A stretch of DNA of 32,000 nucleotides from Parasynechococcus marenigrum WH 8102 (lineage in GTDB: Bacteria; Cyanobacteriota; Cyanobacteriia; PCC-6307; Cyanobiaceae), in assembly GCF_000195975.1 (NCBI RefSeq), contig NC_005070.1:1950001-1982000 (forward strand). Direction: 5' to 3'. This document shows, one piece after another, positions 1 through 8,110 of this stretch (position 1 is the first letter of the stretch; every line of letters begins with the position of its first letter). The translations under genes and the position numbers were made by a program. The notes below the pieces were generated by a model. The model searched no databases, was not told the origin of the DNA, and saw only the letters and a program-made list of their open reading frames with translations.

Positions 1-497
1 TCGGCAAGGCGCTGCAGGCGATTGGACGGGGCATCAGCCAGGACAAAAGCCACCGGGTGCTGATCCTGCAGTGGCTGAAAGGGGGCAGCGGCTACACCGA
101 AGACGCCGCTATCGCCGCGCTGCGGGACAGCTATCCCCATCTGGTGGATCACCTCCGCTCCGGCCGTGATGCCATCGTCTGGCGCGGCCAGCAGGAACCG
201 ATCGATTACGTGGAAGCGGAACGGGCCTGGGAGATCGCCCGCGCGGCCATCTCAAGCGGGCTCTACAAAACCGTGATCCTCGATGAACTCAACCCAACGG
301 TGGATCTGGAGCTGCTGCCAGAAGAGCCGATCATGCAGACGCTGCTGCGCAAACCGACGGAAACCGAAGTGATCATCACCGGCCGCTGCAAAAATCAACC
401 GGCCTACTTCGATCTGGCGAGCATCCACTCCGAGATGGTGTGCCACAAGCACTACGCCGAACAGGGCGTGGACCTCAAACGGGGGGTTGACTATTAA
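1..497 (+). CDS. cobO: Cob(I)yrinic acid a,c-diamide (cobalamin) adenosyltransferase, 5'-truncated by the window edge
   Basis: The frame of the 57..497 ORF stays open back to base 3 (GKALQAIGRGISQDKSHRVLILQWLKGG...). The C-terminal part (DELNPTVDLELLP...EVIITGR...HSEMVCHKHYAEQGVDLKRGVDY) resembles the CobO/BtuR family. Stop is TAA at 495-497. Confidence 0.85.
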   Translation, partial: GKALQAIGRGISQDKSHRVLILQWLKGGSGYTEDAAIAALRDSYPHLVDHLRSGRDAIVWRGQQEPIDYVEAERAWEIARAAISSGLYKTVILDELNPTVDLELLPEEPIMQTLLRKPTETEVIITGRCKNQPAYFDLASIHSEMVCHKHYAEQGVDLKRGVDY

Positions 498-506
498 TTC
501 AATGGG

Positions 507-1640
507 TCAGTAGCGCGGCACGGCCTGATCCACCTGCACGGACCAGGCATCGATGCCCCCATCAACGTTGGTGGCCGGGATGCCCTGCTGAGCCAGCAGC
601 TCCACGGCCTGGGCCGAACGGCCGCCGAGTTTGCAGTGCACGTAAAGCCGCCCGGACTCCGCCAACCCGCGGATGCGTTCGATCGCCTCACCGCTTTTGA
701 TCGTGGCCAGGGGGATCAGCACGGCCCCAGGGATCACAGCCACCTCGGCTTCAGCTGGATTGCGCACATCCAGCAGCACCAGATCATCGGCCGAGCCATC
801 CAGCAGCGACTTGAGCTCGATCACGCTGATGCTGTCCATGGGAGATGCCGTCGGTCGGCAGAACTGCTGGTAGTCAATCAAGCCATCGATCGCCGGCCGG
901 TCCGGGTCACGCCGCAGCGTCAGCTCGCGGAAGCGCATCGTGAGGGCATCCACCACCAATAGGCGGCCATCCAGGCTGCGGCCGATACCTGTGATCAACT
1001 TGATCGCCTCCGTCGCCTGGATCAAGCCGATCAGCCCAGGCATCACCCCCATCACCCCCGCTTCCGCACAGGACGGCACCTGCTCCACAGGCGGTGGCTC
1101 CGGCAGCAGATCGCGGTAGTTGGGGCTCTCCGGCGTGTGATTGAACACCGATGCCTGGCCGTCAAAACGCTGCACCGATCCGTAAATCAAAGGCTTTCCC
1201 TGCAACACGCAGGCGTCATTCACCAGATACCGCGTCGGGAAATTGTCCGAGCCATCACACACCAGGTCGTATCTGGCAATCAGCTCAAGGGCATTCTCCC
1301 GATCCAGCATCTGCTCATGCAGCTCCACCTGACAGTGGGGATTGAGCTCCTGCAGCCTGTGCGCGGCGGAGCGCCCCTTCGATTGGCCGAGCCAGTCCAT
1401 GCCATGGATCACCTGCCGCTGCAGGTTTGAGAGCTCCACAACATCGCCATCGACGATGCCAATCCGGCCGACACCGGCCGCGGCCAGGTACAGCAACAAC
1501 GGAGAGCCCAGCCCACCGGCGCCCACGCAGAGCACGGACGCAGCCTTGAGCCGCTCCTGCCCGGCCATGCCCACCTCCGGCAACATCAGGTGGCGGGCAT
1601 AACGGCTCCGCTCCTCCCCACTCAGTTCCTCAATCGACAT
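507..1640 (-). CDS. moeB: MoeB/ThiF-type E1-like adenylyltransferase fused to a C-terminal rhodanese domain (MoeZ/MOCS3-like sulfurtransferase)
   Basis: 377 aa. It has the RYARHLMLPEVG start, a GAGGLGSPLLLYLAAAGVG nucleotide-binding loop and the LSNLQRQ motif. The C-terminal rhodanese has an active-site loop HCKLGGRS. Confidence 0.9.
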   Translation of the reverse strand: MSIEELSGEERSRYARHLMLPEVGMAGQERLKAASVLCVGAGGLGSPLLLYLAAAGVGRIGIVDGDVVELSNLQRQVIHGMDWLGQSKGRSAAHRLQELNPHCQVELHEQMLDRENALELIARYDLVCDGSDNFPTRYLVNDACVLQGKPLIYGSVQRFDGQASVFNHTPESPNYRDLLPEPPPVEQVPSCAEAGVMGVMPGLIGLIQATEAIKLITGIGRSLDGRLLVVDALTMRFRELTLRRDPDRPAIDGLIDYQQFCRPTASPMDSISVIELKSLLDGSADDLVLLDVRNPAEAEVAVIPGAVLIPLATIKSGEAIERIRGLAESGRLYVHCKLGGRSAQAVELLAQQGIPATNVDGGIDAWSVQVDQAVPRY

Positions 1641-2142
1641 CGATCGGCACCGGCCGCACCTGCCGATCCTCCTCCAGCCACCAGGCCCTCAGCCCCTGCT
1701 GGGCCGAGAGGATCAGCATCAGCTGGTGGGGGACACCGCGACAGCGATCCGCGGCTGAGGGAACCGGCGGGCTGTGGGGATGGGAGTGAGCCACACCGAT
1801 GATCCATTGTTGGTGTTGCCGCGACCAGCGCTGCGCCGCCAGTTGTTCGCGGGGATCGAGCAGGAAATTGCAGTCACGACCAGGTGTCTCACCCGCTCCC
1901 CATGGCTGCAGATCCGGCTGTCGCCCCCAACGGTTGCATCCAGGCCAGACGTGATCCAACCGCAGCGAGCTGCCCTCGCCCTGGGATCCGATCAACAGCG
2001 CGCAGCCTTCCTCAGGCCAGCTCGCCAGCAAGGTGCGCTCCAGAATCGTGAGGCAACCACAACGCAGCAACAGCTTGGATGGCGCGATCAACGAAGCGCC
2101 GATACGCTCTGCAGACCGTATAGACAGTTCTGTCGGTTCCAT
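1630..2142 (-). CDS. Mov34/MPN+/JAMM family metalloprotease
   Basis: Intact JAMM signature: an upstream Glu (WPEEGCALLIG) and HSHPHSPPVPSAAD (HxH-x7-S-xx-D). Its stop (1630-1632) overlaps the moeB start (1638-1640) by 11 nt. The start is uncertain. I use the ATG at 2142; the first 17 codons have low GC3, so the TTG at 2091 is an alternative. The 2238 start of the longest ORF runs antisense through the neighbouring gene and is unlikely. Confidence 0.8.
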   Translation of the reverse strand: MEPTELSIRSAERIGASLIAPSKLLLRCGCLTILERTLLASWPEEGCALLIGSQGEGSSLRLDHVWPGCNRWGRQPDLQPWGAGETPGRDCNFLLDPREQLAAQRWSRQHQQWIIGVAHSHPHSPPVPSAADRCRGVPHQLMLILSAQQGLRAWWLEEDRQVRPVPIDVD

Positions 2143-2533
2143 GAGCGACGCCACCACCGAAGTTAAGGACCCCGCGACCGACGCGACCCCTGCGGTGGAA
2201 GCGTCTGCCACCACCAGCGAAGACACCACCTCTTTCACCGAGCGCTACAGCGAAGTGCTGGGCAAAGTGAATGACACCCTCGACCAGGTCGACTGGAACC
2301 AGATGGGTCGCATCGGCAAGATCGTCGGCATCTTCGCTGCGGTGATCGTTGCTCAGATCCTGATCAAAGGCATCCTCGACACGATCAATCTGCTGCCCGT
2401 GGTGCCCGGCCTGCTCGAGCTGCTCGGCGTTGTGGTGGTGGGCCAGTGGAGCTGGAGAAACCTCACCACCAGCGACAAGCGCAGTGCACTCGTGCAACGG
2501 GTGCAGTCCCTGCGTCAGGAATACCTCGGCTGA
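2141..2533 (+). CDS. CAAD-domain (CURT1/CurT-like) thylakoid membrane protein
   Basis: An acidic, Thr-rich N-terminus is followed by two hydrophobic helices (GKIVGIFAAVIVAQILIKGILDTINLLPVVPGLLELLGVVVVGQWSW), as in the cyanobacterial CAAD/CURT1 family. The internal ATG at 2141 was chosen because the upstream part of the 2033 ORF overlaps the JAMM gene. Confidence 0.7.
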   Translation: MSDATTEVKDPATDATPAVEASATTSEDTTSFTERYSEVLGKVNDTLDQVDWNQMGRIGKIVGIFAAVIVAQILIKGILDTINLLPVVPGLLELLGVVVVGQWSWRNLTTSDKRSALVQRVQSLRQEYLG

Positions 2534-2537
2534 GCTC

Positions 2538-3428
2538 TTAAGTGATCGTTCGAGCCAGGCGCTTCAGGCAGTCCTGGCTCTGGGAAACGTACCCGCCTCC
2601 GAACAGGTTGGCGTGGTTCAGCAGGTGATACAGGTTGTAGATCTCGACGCGCTCCTCCCAACCTGAGCGGAGCGGCAAGACCTCTTTGTAGGCCCCATAG
2701 AACGTTGCGCTGAAGCCGCCGAACATCCTGGTCATGGCCAGATCCACCTCGCGATCGGCCAACCAGCAGGCGGGGTCGTAAAGGGCACCACGTCCATCGT
2801 TCAGAGCCCCTGCATTGCCGCCCCACAGGTCACCGTGCACCAGGGCAGGTTTGGGGGCATGGCCTTCAAGCCGCTGACGCAGGCCAGTCAGCAACCGATC
2901 CAGCCACTCCCCTGAAAGAGAGAGATCCCTGGCCAAGGCCAACTGGGGCTGCAGCCGCAGTTCCACAAAGCAGGCACCCCACCCATCCCGCCATCCCCCC
3001 GGCTGCGGGCCTGCGCCGATGTAGCCATCCCGATCCCAGCCGAATCGCTGGGGCGCGGCCGCTTCCGATGCCTGATGCAGCAGTGCCAGGCCACGACCCA
3101 GGGCCCGCTGATCACAGCCGCTGAGCTCCAGCCAGGGCAGCAGCAGCACCGCTCCGCTGGGCAGGGCTGACAGGGACAGAGGCTTGGGCACCACCAGCCA
3201 ATCCGGATCGGCATGGGCATGCAAGGCCTCAAGCGCCTCGGCCTCCACCTCAAACAGGGCCATGGCCTTGAGGTTGCCGCTTTTGGCGAACAGCCGCTCG
3301 CCGTTCGCCATGGTCAGGCACCAGGCCTGGTGAATGCAGCCACCCCCCACCGCACGCACATCCACCAGCTGGCGGCCCGGCAGTGGCCCAGTGGATGCCA
3401 CCAACTCCTGCTGCAGTTGCGGGTGCAT
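2538..3428 (-). CDS. Fructosamine/ketosamine-3-kinase family protein
   Basis: Has the [12 protein letters not shown] catalytic-loop motif and the [17 protein letters not shown]-terminus typical of the fructosamine kinase family. The start is set at the second Met (MHPQLQQEL); the longer 3488 start is possible. Confidence 0.85.
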   Translation of the reverse strand: MHPQLQQELVASTGPLPGRQLVDVRAVGGGCIHQAWCLTMANGERLFAKSGNLKAMALFEVEAEALEALHAHADPDWLVVPKPLSLSALPSGAVLLLPWLELSGCDQRALGRGLALLHQASEAAAPQRFGWDRDGYIGAGPQPGGWRDGWGACFVELRLQPQLALARDLSLSGEWLDRLLTGLRQRLEGHAPKPALVHGDLWGGNAGALNDGRGALYDPACWLADREVDLAMTRMFGGFSATFYGAYKEVLPLRSGWEERVEIYNLYHLLNHANLFGGGYVSQSQDCLKRLARTIT

Positions 3429-3478
3429 CGCCGGGACGGATCGCTCGTTGCCAGCATGCACCGGTTCAGGGGTGCGCT

Positions 3479-4981
3479 TTGACGGCAACCGGTGTGATCG
3501 TGATCGGTGGCGGCATCGCTGGGCTCACCGCCGCGGCGCTGCTGGCCAAGCAGGGGCTGCCGGTGACGCTGCTGGAGGCACATCACCAGCCGGGGGGCTG
3601 TGCAGGCACCTTCCGCCGAGGGCCGTGGACCTTTGACGTGGGCGCCACCCAGGTGGCCGGGCTCGAACCGGGCGGCAGCCACGCCCGACTGCTGCTGCAT
3701 CTTGGCCTGCCACTGCCGGAAGCCGAGGTCCTCGATCCTGGCTGCGTGGTGGACCTGGGGGATGGTTCCGAGCCCATCCCCCTCTGGCATGATCCCGAGC
3801 GCTGGAACGAAGAACGCCGTCGCCAGTTTCCCGGCAGCGATGCCTTCTGGAGCCTCTGTGAGCTGATCCATCGCAGCAACTGGGGCTTCGCCGGTCGTGA
3901 TCCGGTGGTCACGCCTCGCTCCCTCTGGGACCTGCGCCAACTGGTTTCCGCCCTGCGCCCGATCACCGTGGCGTCGGGTCTGCTGACGGGCTTGACCATG
4001 GCCGACCTGCTCGGCCTCTGCGGTTGCGGCGACGACCCGCGCCTGCGACGGTTTCTCGACCTCCAGCTCAAGCTGTATTCCCAGGAGCCCGCGGACCGGA
4101 CCGCAGCGCTCTACGGCGCCACGGTGCTGCAGATGGCCCAGGCACCCCTGGGGCTCTGGCATCTGCAGGGCTCCATGCAGGTTCTCAGTGATCAGCTGGT
4201 GCAGGCGATCGAGACCCAGGGCGGCCGCGTGCTGATGCGCCATCGGGTCACCGCCCTCGAGCCCACAGGCCAGGGCTGGCGGGTGGTGGTGGACAGTCCC
4301 GCAGGCCGTGATCAGAACCACATGGCCGCCGATCTGGTCTGCAGCCTGCCGCCTCAGTGCCTGTTGGAGCTGATCCCTGAGGCCGTTATGCCCGGGGGTT
4401 ACCGGCAACGCCTGAGCCAGCTGCCGGAACCCAGTGGCGCCCTGGTGCTCTACGGCGTGGTGCGGCGGGCGGCATTGCCCAGCGCCTGCCCGGGCCATCT
4501 GCAACGGGGTTCCGACGATCCAGGTTCCCTGTTCGTCTCGATCAGCCGCGAGGGTGACGGACGCGCACCGGCGGGTCAGGCCACCCTCATCGCCAGCGTG
4601 TTCACCCCCACCGCGGACTGGTGCAGCCTTGAGGAGGAGCCGTACCAGGCCCGCAAAAGCCAGTGCCTGGAGGCCATGCGACGGGAGCTCAACCACTGGC
4701 TTGATCTGCAGCCCCAGGACTGGTTGCACGTGGAATTGGCCACCCCCCGGGGATTCGCCGGTTGGACCGGGCGACCGCGGGGGATGGTGGGGGGACTCGG
4801 CCAGCATCCGAGCCGCTTCGGGCCCTTCGGTCTGGCAGGGCGCTCGCCGATGGAAGGGCTCTGGCTCTGCGGCGACAGCCTCCACCCCGGAGAAGGAACG
4901 GCCGGCGTCACCCTTTCAGCCCTCAATGCCTGCCGGCAGCTGGTGGCAGCGCGCGGCGGCGAGTTGCAGCTCAGGGGTTGA
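3479..4981 (+). CDS. crtD: FAD-dependent carotenoid desaturase-family oxidoreductase (C-3',4' desaturase CrtD-like)
   Basis: Rossmann dinucleotide-binding motif [21 protein letters not shown]...[14 protein letters not shown], then [15 protein letters not shown] as in the phytoene-desaturase/CrtD family. The start is uncertain: TTG 3479, GTG 3494, or ATG 3383, which would overlap the divergent kinase gene. Confidence 0.7.
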   Translation: MTATGVIVIGGGIAGLTAAALLAKQGLPVTLLEAHHQPGGCAGTFRRGPWTFDVGATQVAGLEPGGSHARLLLHLGLPLPEAEVLDPGCVVDLGDGSEPIPLWHDPERWNEERRRQFPGSDAFWSLCELIHRSNWGFAGRDPVVTPRSLWDLRQLVSALRPITVASGLLTGLTMADLLGLCGCGDDPRLRRFLDLQLKLYSQEPADRTAALYGATVLQMAQAPLGLWHLQGSMQVLSDQLVQAIETQGGRVLMRHRVTALEPTGQGWRVVVDSPAGRDQNHMAADLVCSLPPQCLLELIPEAVMPGGYRQRLSQLPEPSGALVLYGVVRRAALPSACPGHLQRGSDDPGSLFVSISREGDGRAPAGQATLIASVFTPTADWCSLEEEPYQARKSQCLEAMRRELNHWLDLQPQDWLHVELATPRGFAGWTGRPRGMVGGLGQHPSRFGPFGLAGRSPMEGLWLCGDSLHPGEGTAGVTLSALNACRQLVAARGGELQLRG

Positions 4982-5870
4982 GTTCAGCCGAAGCATCCAG
5001 GAACCCGGGACGCAGGTGCTGCGTTCGGGTCAGCTCCTTGTGCAGTTGATCCCAGTTGGTTTTGATCACGGCGTCCTCCAGCTGCTCGAGACTCCAGCGG
5101 TAGGCCGCCAGGGCCTTGAGCACCGCCTCACGGTTGCTGCTGGCCATGGCCACTCCCAGGTCGGGATTGCCGCCACCGACGCGGCTGGTGTCGGCGAAAC
5201 CACTGGAGGCCAGGGCCTGGGCCAAGGCGCGGATCTCAGGGTCGCGTTCATCTCCGGCGGCCCGCAACAGAGCAGCGCTGACCAGCACTGGCATGTGGGA
5301 GATCAGGGCCACCGCCTGGTCGTGTTGAGCGGCGCCGGCCGTGAACCAACGGCTGCCGAGTCGCCTGGCCAGGTCTTCCACCACCGCCAGTGCCGCCGAA
5401 TCGGTCTCGGCATCGGGGGTGGCAATCCAGGGGCGCCCCTGGAACAGATCGCGCTGGCCTGCCTCCACACCGGCCTGCGCCGTTCCCGCCATGGGGTGGC
5501 TGGCTACAAAGCGTGGGTGACGGCCCTTCCACTCCTGCAGCACCGGTTGTTTCACCGAACCGACATCGGTGACCACTGCCTCAGCCGGCAGCGCCTCCAA
5601 AAACTCCGCATTTGGCTTGAGCAGCGCCGGAATCGGTAACGCCAGGATCACCAGGTCGCAGCAGGCCAGGCAGGCGGGATCGGTGCTCACCGCGCTGACC
5701 AGTCCCCGCTCCATCGCCCGTTCTGCTGTTGAAGAACGGTGGACCAGGCCTTGCACCTTGATGCCCTGAGCGCGCAGATCCAAACCGATCGATCCACCGA
5801 TCAGGCCAAGACCGACGATGCCAACGCAGCCCGAATCCACACCCATGCCGCTCAACTGTCCTGGGTCCAT
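4971..5870 (-). CDS. tyrA: Prephenate/arogenate dehydrogenase
   Basis: Has the N-terminal [19 protein letters not shown](P)-binding loop and the HPMAG catalytic motif, with TyrA-family length (299 aa). Its 3' end overlaps the convergent crtD-like gene by 11 nt. Confidence 0.9.
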   Translation of the reverse strand: MDPGQLSGMGVDSGCVGIVGLGLIGGSIGLDLRAQGIKVQGLVHRSSTAERAMERGLVSAVSTDPACLACCDLVILALPIPALLKPNAEFLEALPAEAVVTDVGSVKQPVLQEWKGRHPRFVASHPMAGTAQAGVEAGQRDLFQGRPWIATPDAETDSAALAVVEDLARRLGSRWFTAGAAQHDQAVALISHMPVLVSAALLRAAGDERDPEIRALAQALASSGFADTSRVGGGNPDLGVAMASSNREAVLKALAAYRWSLEQLEDAVIKTNWDQLHKELTRTQHLRPGFLDASAELNP

Positions 5871-5928
5871 GTTGGTCGATCGATTGCGATGAACCGTTTG
5901 GGCATCGAACTCTGCGTAGGGTTCACCG

Positions 5929-7374
5929 ATGCTTGAAGCTCAGGCCCACAGTCACCTGAAGACACTGCTGCGGCAGGGTGAATCGAACTGGCCCCATCAC
6001 CTGACCCTCAGCCGGCTGGTGGGTCGCAGCCTGAGACGGGGCGACCGGACCCTGCTGCGTCTGGCACCGAACCAACGGGAACGCTGGTGGCTGGGGCTGC
6101 TGATGCCGCTGTGTCTGCAATCCAGCAGCGCCGTGCTCGTGCTCACAGCGCAACAGCGGCAGCGACTGCTGCAGGTGGAACGTCCGCGCCTGGCCCGCCA
6201 GGGATTCCGACTGGCCTGCTGGGAGGGCAACACCCCGCCGCCGCAGGATCAGCTCTGGCTGCTGGACCATGCCGGCCTGATTCAGGCTCACCGCAATGAC
6301 CTGCTGGGTGATCGTCAGTTGCTGTTGCCAGGCATCGATCAGCTCAGCGAACAGCTGCGGCGTTGCATGGCCATCCGTTTGGATGCAAGCCACTGGGAAC
6401 AGTTGCGCCTGGCCCTGCCCCAGGCCGAAAAGCCGTTGCTGGAATTGCATGAACGGCTCAGCAGACAACTGTTCCGGGAAGCGCCGCGGGTTGACGCCTG
6501 CATTCGACTGGACAACAGCGCCTGCCAGAGCCTGCGGGATCTGCTGGCGGTGATGGGGCCCTGCCCATCCCCCTGGTCTGAGTTGCTCGCCTGCGATCCC
6601 CGCGAGTGGTCCCACTGGGCTGAGCTGGATCACACGATGCTGCAGTGGAGCTGGTGCCTGGAACCACTGGAGCCCCTGCAGCAACTGCAGGGGCTGCTGA
6701 GCCAACGGCCGACGCTGATGCTGAGCGACAGCGGGGACAGCGCCCGGCTGGAACAGGAACTGCAGGAGGCGAATGCCTCGCCCACGGTGACCGCGGTGCT
6801 GCGGGAGGCCGAACTGGAGGAGCCACTGCCGTTGTTTGCTCCCAGGCGTCAGCCCTTACCCAACACGGAGATCTATGCCGAGCATCTGCTGGAGCAAAGC
6901 CGGCGACTGATCCTGGGTCGCCCAGGCCTCACGGTGCTGCTGCTCGACGACCCCAGCCTGCGCCGTTCCCTCACGGCATCGCTGGCCGCCGAATTCGGCA
7001 CCCGAGTTCAGGATGAGTGCACCGCACCGGAAGACAACGGGGTGATCAGCGGCAGCTGGAGCTGGTGGTTGCAGCACCTTGACCAGTTGCCGGAGCCGGA
7101 GCAGATCATCATCGGCCTGCTGCCGATCGCCAGCCTCACCAGCCCGATCACAGCCGCCCGGGTGGAACGGTTGAAATCCCAGGGTGCGGACTGGTTCCGC
7201 TCCCTGCTGTTGCCGGAAGCACTGCGCCAGATCCCTGCCGCAGTGGCCCCCCTGCGCCGTTCTGGAGGCAGGCTTGCGGTGCTGGATGGCCGCCTGCGGG
7301 GGCGGAGCTGGGGCGACCAGGTGCTGCAGCGGCTTGAACCCTGGCGACCGCTTCAACGTCTTCTGCCCGACTGA
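5929..7374 (+). CDS. Conserved hypothetical protein; DinG/Rad3-like helicase fold with degenerate ATPase motifs
   Basis: 481-aa ORF with high GC3. The C-terminal region IIIGLLPIASLTSPITAARVERLK..LLLPEALRQ...GGRLAVLDGRLRGRSWG follows my recalled DinG pattern. The expected Walker A position reads LLRLAPNQRERWWLGLLMPL and the DEAH position reads LLDHAG. The family call is pattern recognition from memory, not a search result. Confidence 0.6.
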   Translation: MLEAQAHSHLKTLLRQGESNWPHHLTLSRLVGRSLRRGDRTLLRLAPNQRERWWLGLLMPLCLQSSSAVLVLTAQQRQRLLQVERPRLARQGFRLACWEGNTPPPQDQLWLLDHAGLIQAHRNDLLGDRQLLLPGIDQLSEQLRRCMAIRLDASHWEQLRLALPQAEKPLLELHERLSRQLFREAPRVDACIRLDNSACQSLRDLLAVMGPCPSPWSELLACDPREWSHWAELDHTMLQWSWCLEPLEPLQQLQGLLSQRPTLMLSDSGDSARLEQELQEANASPTVTAVLREAELEEPLPLFAPRRQPLPNTEIYAEHLLEQSRRLILGRPGLTVLLLDDPSLRRSLTASLAAEFGTRVQDECTAPEDNGVISGSWSWWLQHLDQLPEPEQIIIGLLPIASLTSPITAARVERLKSQGADWFRSLLLPEALRQIPAAVAPLRRSGGRLAVLDGRLRGRSWGDQVLQRLEPWRPLQRLLPD

Positions 7375-7417
7375 CTCACCCGCCTCAGAGCTGAATAAGC
7401 TGAAGTGACGACAGCTT

Positions 7418-7672
7418 GTGGGGATGGGAGAAGCTCGCCGACGGTCGGCCCAAGGCCTGCCACCACGCCAACCCAAGAAGGATGCGTCCCCGAAGGACAC
7501 CTCCCCACGGATCGTGTCCTGGATCCCCCTGACCCGGAATCAAGCCCAGCAGTTTGTGGCGGTCACCACCCGTGGGGCCTGGATCGGCATCGGCGCCATG
7601 GTCGTGTTTTGGGTGACGGTGCGTTTCATCGGACCTGCCGCGGGCTGGTGGACCCTGGCGGACACCCCCTGA
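7418..7672 (+). CDS. Small hypothetical membrane protein (one predicted TM helix)
   Basis: Of three overlapping ORFs here, this frame has the coding-like GC3 and codon usage in its 3' two-thirds, plus a hydrophobic helix (GAWIGIGAMVVFWVTVRFIGPAAGWW). The N-terminal start is uncertain. Confidence 0.55.
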   Translation: MGMGEARRRSAQGLPPRQPKKDASPKDTSPRIVSWIPLTRNQAQQFVAVTTRGAWIGIGAMVVFWVTVRFIGPAAGWWTLADTP

Positions 7673-7743
7673 AACCCCTCCCGGACAGGGACACACAGAA
7701 GCTGAAGAAAACCTTTAACCTGGGTTTTACTTAGGACTCAGGC

Positions 7744-8100
7744 ATGTTCCCCCGTCTCGCCGAGCACTACCGCTCTGTGGTTCAGGATCTCGTGATGAGC
7801 CTGCAAGCCCTGGCTTCCGGCCTGAAAGCCTGCGGCATTACCGCCAGTTGCTACTCCTGCGGTGATGGCGAGGATGCCCATGGCGCGTCGTTCGTCTCCG
7901 ACCTCGGCGATGGCCACGTGGTGCGTTTCCTCGTGTCCGATTTCGGTATCAGCTGGGTGGAGTCCCGCAACGGCCACGAGCTGGTGAAGCTGGAAGGCGC
8001 CGAAGCCATCCAGGAACTGCAGCGGATGACCGAAATGCTGCACCAACGCCGGGGTGCGGACAGCACAGCAACTCAACTGTCCGCTCCATCCGCGGCCTGA
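7744..8100 (+). CDS. Conserved cyanobacterial hypothetical protein
   Basis: 118-aa ORF with good codon bias. Its sequence (MFPRLAEHYRSVVQDLVMSLQALASGL...FLVSDFGISWVE...KLEGAEAIQELQ) looks like a small cyanobacteria-restricted protein family whose name I cannot confirm. The antisense ORFs here are shadows. Confidence 0.7.
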   Translation: MFPRLAEHYRSVVQDLVMSLQALASGLKACGITASCYSCGDGEDAHGASFVSDLGDGHVVRFLVSDFGISWVESRNGHELVKLEGAEAIQELQRMTEMLHQRRGADSTATQLSAPSAA

Positions 8101-8110
8101 GTCAGGCCGC
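8092..8110. terminator. Perfect 9+9 palindrome containing the stop codons of both convergent genes (possible bidirectional hairpin)
   Basis: GCGGCCTGA-g-TCAGGCCGC. The plus-strand TGA (8098-8100) ends the 7744..8100 ORF. The minus-strand TGA (8102-8104) ends recA. There is no U-tract on either side. Confidence 0.45.

Noticed and set aside
3314-4885. 523-aa minus-strand ORF antisense to the crtD-like gene. Similar long ORFs occur at 5923..6705, 6856..7500, 8054..8788, 10970..11833, 14235..15347, 14947..15771, 16968..17816, 25420..26265 and 29429..30142.
   Set aside because: These are shadow ORFs expected in roughly 60% GC DNA. They are antisense or out of frame to genes with unmistakable homology, their translations are Arg/Gly/Pro/Ala-rich and low in complexity, and they contain no recognisable motifs.
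7398-7706. The nonamer AAGCTGAAG occurs on both sides of the small ORF 7418..7672, which might suggest flanking repeats of an inserted element.
   Set aside because: Thousands of 9-mer pair coincidences are expected in a window this size. There are no longer flanking repeats, no target-site duplication and no mobility gene.
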